Assembly: GCA_002269645.1 (NCBI GenBank)
Contig: NIVC01001828.1
Location: 1-64,000 of the forward strand
Length of the DNA stretch: 64,000 nt
Source of the DNA: Macrostomum lignano
Lineage: Eukaryota
Reading direction: 5' to 3'
Part shown: positions 57,932-64,000 of the stretch, piece by piece
How the letters are laid out: every line of letters starts with the position of its first letter
Position numbering within the stretch: position 1 is the stretch's first letter
Notes under the pieces: generated by a model
Told to the model about the DNA's origin: nothing
Databases searched by the model: none
What the model saw: the letters and a program-made list of their open reading frames with translations, nothing else
Program-made: the position numbers and the translations under genes

Positions 57932-60900
57932 TGGGTTTGTGGGGTGAGCGGAGCGAACGCGCGAGGCACAAAGTGCCGAGCATGAGGAACAAACAGCCAG
58001 CCAATGCGCGAAGCGCATTGGGTGGTCTGGCTTGTGACGAATATAATAATATGAGACGTGTGCATCGAAAAAATGACAAGAAAAATCTCACAAAAACTGC
58101 TGTAACTTCAAAACTACAAGTGCGAATTTCACAAGTGAGGTGTCATTTTAAAGAGAAGAATCTGATCTATTTAACGAGTATAGTTTTGTATGGATTCACT
58201 GCGGAGAAAAGGAACAGGCTTCAGTTGAAATGTTTGTCTTAAGATTATGTCTTTACAAAAGTGCATTTCCTCATGCACATTAAAACTCGAGCTAAAAATG
58301 TTCGAGGGTTATAGGTGCGCCTTACTAAGATGCATAACATTATTGGGTTGTTTTTTTCAATTGTATCAAAAAGTTGGCACTTTGGTTGCAAAAAATGCAA
58401 AAATTGAAAATGTACTTTTACAGTTTTTTGCATTTTTTTCTATACTGCTAATAGTTAAGCATACATACTATGCACCAATTGATGCGCAATTCAAAGATAC
58501 ACAAGTGTGGAAGTTTTCAATTCTTAAACATTTGAAATCAGAAAGTTATCGACGAAAGACTAAAAATCATGATCTCAAACTGATTTGAGGAAAAGTGCTC
58601 ATTATAATTTTTGGAATATGGAAGAAACAATTCAACGCCGTCATCTAATTCCAAACTAACTGTACTTTAAGGTACTGCGATGATTTTTTTATTGAAAGAG
58701 CGAAACCTGTTTAAATATTTGAAAAAATGGAAAAAAAGTACCTTTTTTCATAGAAATACACTCTTTTGACTGCTTAATCCGATTTCCAACAACAAAATAG
58801 TTGCTTTCCTGCTGGTGCAAACCGTTATTAGGGTGAATTTTCAAAATTGCATACTGTGCCAAAAGTAAACTGAAGCTTAATATTTATAAACATTAGAAAC
58901 GGGACCACTAATGGGTATTTTACTTTGGTTACTTACTATGGACTAAACTGGCACTGGCAGAGACAGATTTGAGAGAAACTAATTGCTCCATTGTATTTGT
59001 ATTTGGCTCCAGCGTTACAAATTACAATAGCTATTTCGGGGTCTAACCGGCTAAGTTATCAAAAAAGCTAGATACCAATCACCAGTTTCATCATCAGCTA
59101 TACCTACCACGATTTTATAGTCACATGCAACAGTAATACCCTCCTTTAAAAGTTTTCAATATCTAAAATGATGTGTTAAATTTTATAAAATTTCATAAAC
59201 AGTGAAATTTTAGCTGTTTACGTGCTGGTGGTTTGAACGTAGCTACTTTGTGCGAAAATACACTGTCATTAATACCGTACCTATTATTGTATTTATTGTA
59301 TTGAAAGTTGATGTGTAAATTGTACTTTTCTAGTTAATGAAGACAAAGTCTTCGCCCCAGTGAGCTTTGGGGTTGGAATTTTATAATACCTAGTGTTGTA
59401 TCGATTATTTAAAGACTTTCAAGGCATTATTAACGCTGATGCTCCTAATATTTTGCGTCGTGTCATACATAAAGTTAGCCTAATAGATAAAGTAGGGCGA
59501 GAGTTGTAAAATGTCTCTAACGTCAAATGATTTATAGGAAGGGAATTAGGGATGTCGATTCCCCAGGGAATTATCTTATCGGGGACCCCGGTGAAAAGAA
59601 AAAATAAGTAAAAACGGCGGATCACTTAGATTGTAAGTGGAATTTTTTAAACTTTGATTTAAGCTTTGTACTACATGTTCAAGGCGCAGGGGTAAAAATT
59701 TTAAACAATGTTTTTTTAAACTGTATTTGACAATGTGGCATCACGAAATCGTGCGCGCACCTTTATCGGAAAAGTGCATTTGTTGGAATGCATGCTAAAC
59801 AGCTACGCTCGTGAGAGGATAATTAATGAATGAGACTGTTTTTATAATCGGAATTTTATTTCTTGCATATATATGTAAATCACCATTTTGTCCTTGTCTA
59901 ATAGGGAGTATATGTATGACACCCCCCTATGCGTCAGTGCCTGACGCATGACGCAGCGCTGCGCCTGCGTCAAGCCGTCAACGCAGACCAACACAGCAGT
60001 CACTAGTCAGTAAGGCTTCTTTTTCCTGACGGGTTTCTTTTCTACGTGCAATTTGCTTGATTGAATGACTTATTAGTGAAAAAACAATCAAACGTGTGTT
60101 GTGTTTCAAATACATGTAATGCATTGAAATAAGCAATTATGCGGTAAAAGAGCATAGACAGAGTTTCAATCAGCTTTCTGTGAATCAGTTTCTTATTTTA
60201 ATGGCAAAAATTAAGTTACAAATGCATTTTTTCATATTTTTTCTCCCCAGGGTCCCCGGTTAAATTCCCCGGAGAGTATTCCCCGACAAGCTCCCCGGGG
60301 AGCACTCCCGGGGTCAACATCCCTAGAAGGGAAACTACGAGCATAAGTTCTGCAACACATATACAAGTAGCTAAGCATTAATAGACGCACTGCACCGATA
60401 AAATGTAATGGAATTGCTCGAATCACCGACACCAAGACCCATAAAACTGGAGAAACTGGCAGGATATAGTAGATACATGTAGGTCAGAATCAGAAGTGAT
60501 CATGGGTGGGTGGGTCAAGTGATCATGGGTTCGACCTCGATTGTATTATTCCTTCTTAATCTTATGCAATTAATTGTAAATTAGGTATGAAGTAACAGTA
60601 ATTATCCTTGACCATGCTAGAGTAAAGACAAGTCAAAGTCAAGTTAATAAAAATAGACACACAGTGTAACAATAACAATGGTTTTTAGAGCCATTTTTCT
60701 TGTCTGTGTTTGTCTTTGTACATACATGTACATTTGGGAAGACTTATCTGGACCCAATCCCTTCTTATTCTACATGTACGCTGTTTTGGGTATGGGGGTT
60801 AGAGTTGGGCCGTCTGACACCCCCCTCCCCCCCCCTACCATAGTGGACTGGAGAGAAAGAAGCACATGCTATCGCTATTGGCTAGCCTGTCGTTCTCTTT

Positions 60901-62598
60901 CTCTTTACCTTCTGTCTTGTGTAGCGTACACTATCCAATGCACAAGGCCCAACTTTCCACTAAAGGAAGGTTCATATAGTCCGCCCATGGGCTTCCTCTT
61001 GCTTTCGCGTACACTCAAGGCCACTCACTCTCAACACCAGCCACTAGAGGCTTGTTTTAAATAATCGATCGATAATATTAAATGTACACTTGAAAGCTTG
61101 CTTTGGATCCTAGCAGAAGGGGGAGAAAGTGGCCAAGGCCACCACACCCCACAAGGCAGGCAGGCCGGCCCGAGTGCGATAACGAATGACAAAAAAATAG
61201 AAAAGTACAATTTACACATCAACTTTCAATACAATAAATACAATAATAGGTACGGTATTAATGACAGTGTATTTTCGCACAAAGTAGCTACGTTCAAACC
61301 ACCAGCACGTAAACAGCTAAAATTTCACTGTTTATGAAATTTTATAAAATTTAACACATCATTTTAGATATTGAAAACTTTTAAAGGAGGGTATTACTGT
61401 TGCATGTGACTATAAAATCGTGGTAGGTATAGCTGATGATGAAACTGGTGATTGGTATCTAGCTTTTTTGATAACTTAGCCGGTTAGACCCCGAAATAGC
61501 TATTGTAATTTGTAACGCTGGAGCCAAATACAAATACAATGGAGCAATTAGTTTCTCTCAAATCTGTCTCTGCCAGTGCCAGTTTAGTCCATAGTAAGTA
61601 ACCAAAGTAAAATACCCATTAGTGGTCCCGTTTCTAATGTTTATAAATATTAAGCTTCAGTTTACTTTTGGCACAGTATGCAATTTTGAAAATTCACCCT
61701 AATAACGGTTTGCACCAGCAGGAAAGCAACTATTTTGTTGTTGGAAATCGGATTAAGCAGTCAAAAGAGTGTATTTCTATGAAAAAAGGTACTTTTTTTC
61801 CATTTTTTCAAATATTTAAACAGGTTTCGCTCTTTCAATAAAAAAATCATCGCAGTACCTTAAAGTACAGTTAGTTTGGAATTAGATGACGGCGTTGAAT
61901 TGTTTCTTCCATATTCCAAAAATTATAATGAGCACTTTTCCTCAAATCAGTTTGAGATCATGATTTTTAGTCTTTCGTCGATAACTTTCTGATTTCAAAT
62001 GTTTAAGAATTGAAAACTTCCACACTTGTGTATCTTTGAATTGCGCATCAATTGGTGCATAGTATGTATGCTTAACTATTAGCAGTATAGAAAAAAATGC
62101 AAAAAACTGTAAAAGTACATTTTCAATTTTTGCATTTTTTGCAACCAAAGTGCCAACTTTTTGATACAATTGAAAAAAACAACCCAATAATGTTATGCAT
62201 CTTAGTAAGGCGCACCTATAACCCTCGAACATTTTTAGCTCGAGTTTTAATGTGCATGAGGAAATGCACTTTTGTAAAGACATAATCTTAAGACAAACAT
62301 TTCAACTGAAGCCTGTTCCTTTTCTCCGCAGTGAATCCATACAAAACTATACTCGTTAAATAGATCAGATTCTTCTCTTTAAAATGACACCTCACTTGTG
62401 AAATTCGCACTTGTAGTTTTGAAGTTACAGCAGTTTTTGTGAGATTTTTCTTGTCATTTTTTCGATGCACACGTCTCATATTATTATATTCGTCACAAGC
62501 CAGACCACCCAATGCGCTTCGCGCATTGGCTGGCTGTTTGTTCCTCATGCTCGGCACTTTGTGCCTCGCGCGTTCGCTCCGCTCACCCCACAAACCCA
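57932..62598. repeat. 1401-bp inverted repeat pair: arm A 57932-59332, arm A' 61198-62598
   Basis: Mirrored ORFs 58247-58588(+) and 61942-62283(-) have identical translations. The coordinate sum 120530 holds to both ends, where the match breaks. Confidence 0.95.
59270..61260. mobile_element. Candidate ~2-kb non-autonomous DNA transposon with 63-bp TIRs
   Basis: taataccgtacctattattgtattt...cttttcta at 59270-59332 and its reverse complement at 61198-61260. A second copy begins at the same terminus at 62612. There is no transposase ORF. Confidence 0.5.
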
Positions 62599-62611
62599 GA
62601 AACCCAGAAGG

Positions 62612-64000
62612 TAATACCGTACCTATTATTGTATTTATTGTATTGAAAGTTGATGTGTAAATTGTACTTTTCTATTTTTTTGTCATTCGTTATCGCACTC
62701 GGGCCGGCCTGCCTGCCTTGTGGGGTGTGGTGGCCTTGGCCACTTTCTCCCCCTTCTGCTAGGATCCAAAGCAAGCTTTCAAGTGTACATTTAATATTAT
62801 CGATCGATTATTTAAAACAAGCCTCTAGTGGCTGGTGTTGAGAGTGAGTGGCCTTGAGTGTACGCGAAAGCAAGAGGAAGCCCATGGGCGGACTATATGA
62901 ACCTTCCTTTAGTGGAAAGTTGGGCCTTGTGCATTGGATAGTGTACGCTACACAAGACAGAAGGTAAAGAGAAAGAGAAAGACAGGCTAGCCAATAGCGA
63001 TAGCATGTGCTTCTTTCTCTCCAGTCCACTATGGTAGGGGGGGGGAGGGGGGTGTCAGACGGCCCAACTCTAACCCCCATACCCAAAACAGCGTACATGT
63101 AGAATAAGAAGGGATTGGGTCCAGATAAGTCTTCCCAAATGTACATGTATGTACAAAGACAAACACAGACAAGAAAAATGGCTCTAAAAACCATTGTTAT
63201 TGTTACACTGTGTGTCTATTTTTATTAACTTGACTTTGACTTGTCTTTACTCTAGCATGGTCAAGGATAATTACTGTTACTTCATACCTAATTTACAATT
63301 AATTGCATAAGATTAAGAAGGAATAATACAATCGAGGTCGAACCCATGATCACTTGACCCACCCACCCATGATCACTTCTGATTCTGACCTACATGTATC
63401 TACTATATCCTGCCAGTTTCTCCAGTTTTATGGGTCTTGGTGTCGGTGATTCGAGCAATTCCATTACATTTTATCGGTGCAGTGCGTCTATTAATGCTTA
63501 GCTACTTGTATATGTGTTGCAGAACTTATGCTCGTAGTTTCCCTTCTAGGGATGTTGACCCCGGGAGTGCTCCCGGGGAGCTTGTCGGGGAATACTCTCC
63601 GGGGAATTTAACCGGGGACCCTGGGGAGAAAAAATATGAAAAAATGCATTTGTAACTTAATTTTTGCCATTAAAATAAGAAACTGATTCACAGAAAGCTG
63701 ATTGAAACTCTGTCTATGCTCTTTTACCGCATAATTGCTTATTTCAATGCATTACATGTATTTGAAACACAACACACGTTTGATTGTTTTTTCACTAATA
63801 AGTCATTCAATCAAGCAAATTGCACGTAGAAAAGAAACCCGTCAGGAAAAAGAAGCCTTACTGACTAGTGACTGCTGTGTTGGTCTGCGTTGACGGCTTG
63901 ACGCAGGCGCAGCGCTGCGTCATGCGTCAGGCACTGACGCATAGGGGGGTGTCATACATATACTCCCTATTAGACAAGGACAAAATGGTGATTTACATAT
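62612..64000 (-). repeat. Inverted copy of 59871-61260, running off the right edge of the window
   Basis: Coordinate sum 123872/123871. I saw one substitution (60890) and one 1-bp indel (~60295) between the copies. Confidence 0.95.

Noticed and set aside
59088-59105. ctgatga...gaaac hammerhead-like words in arm A/A'
   Set aside because: CUGAUGA is followed by GAAAC after one base, with no stem II.
57880-63655. Duplicated ORFs (113 aa, 128 aa, 120 aa and others) in the inverted repeats
   Set aside because: No transposase or other recognisable motifs, AT-rich, no splice support. They are identical only because the DNA is duplicated.

Overview
Eukaryotic (metazoan) genomic DNA, not prokaryotic. 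It has GC-rich spliced coding exons with GT-AG introns, polyQ tracts and a very high load of micro- and minisatellites. The style resembles the flatworm Macrostomum lignano, but that is an unverified inference. I reconstructed five multi-exon protein-coding genes by hand, all on the minus strand, with splice phases matching at every junction except the 5' end of gene 2. They are: (1) an uncharacterised ~480-aa protein, (2) a FRMD4/CCDC120/INAVA-family CUPID (DUF3338) protein with no visible FERM exons, (3) an intact glutaminase (GLS) homologue whose catalytic and substrate-binding residues are nearly all replaced (candidate pseudoenzyme), (4) an MFSD4-like MFS transporter and (5) a tensin-like SH2-PTB protein. 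Non-coding features include an 8-kb ~28-bp satellite, about 20 other tandem arrays (mostly one distinct array per intron), two tRNA-headed SINE families and an internally deleted Tc1 element. There is also a Penelope-type minimal hammerhead ribozyme motif, a 32-bp perfect palindrome flanked by an 8-bp direct repeat, and two interleaved ~1.4-kb inverted repeats at 57.9-64 kb. Most long ORFs in the supplied track are artefacts of tandem repeats.
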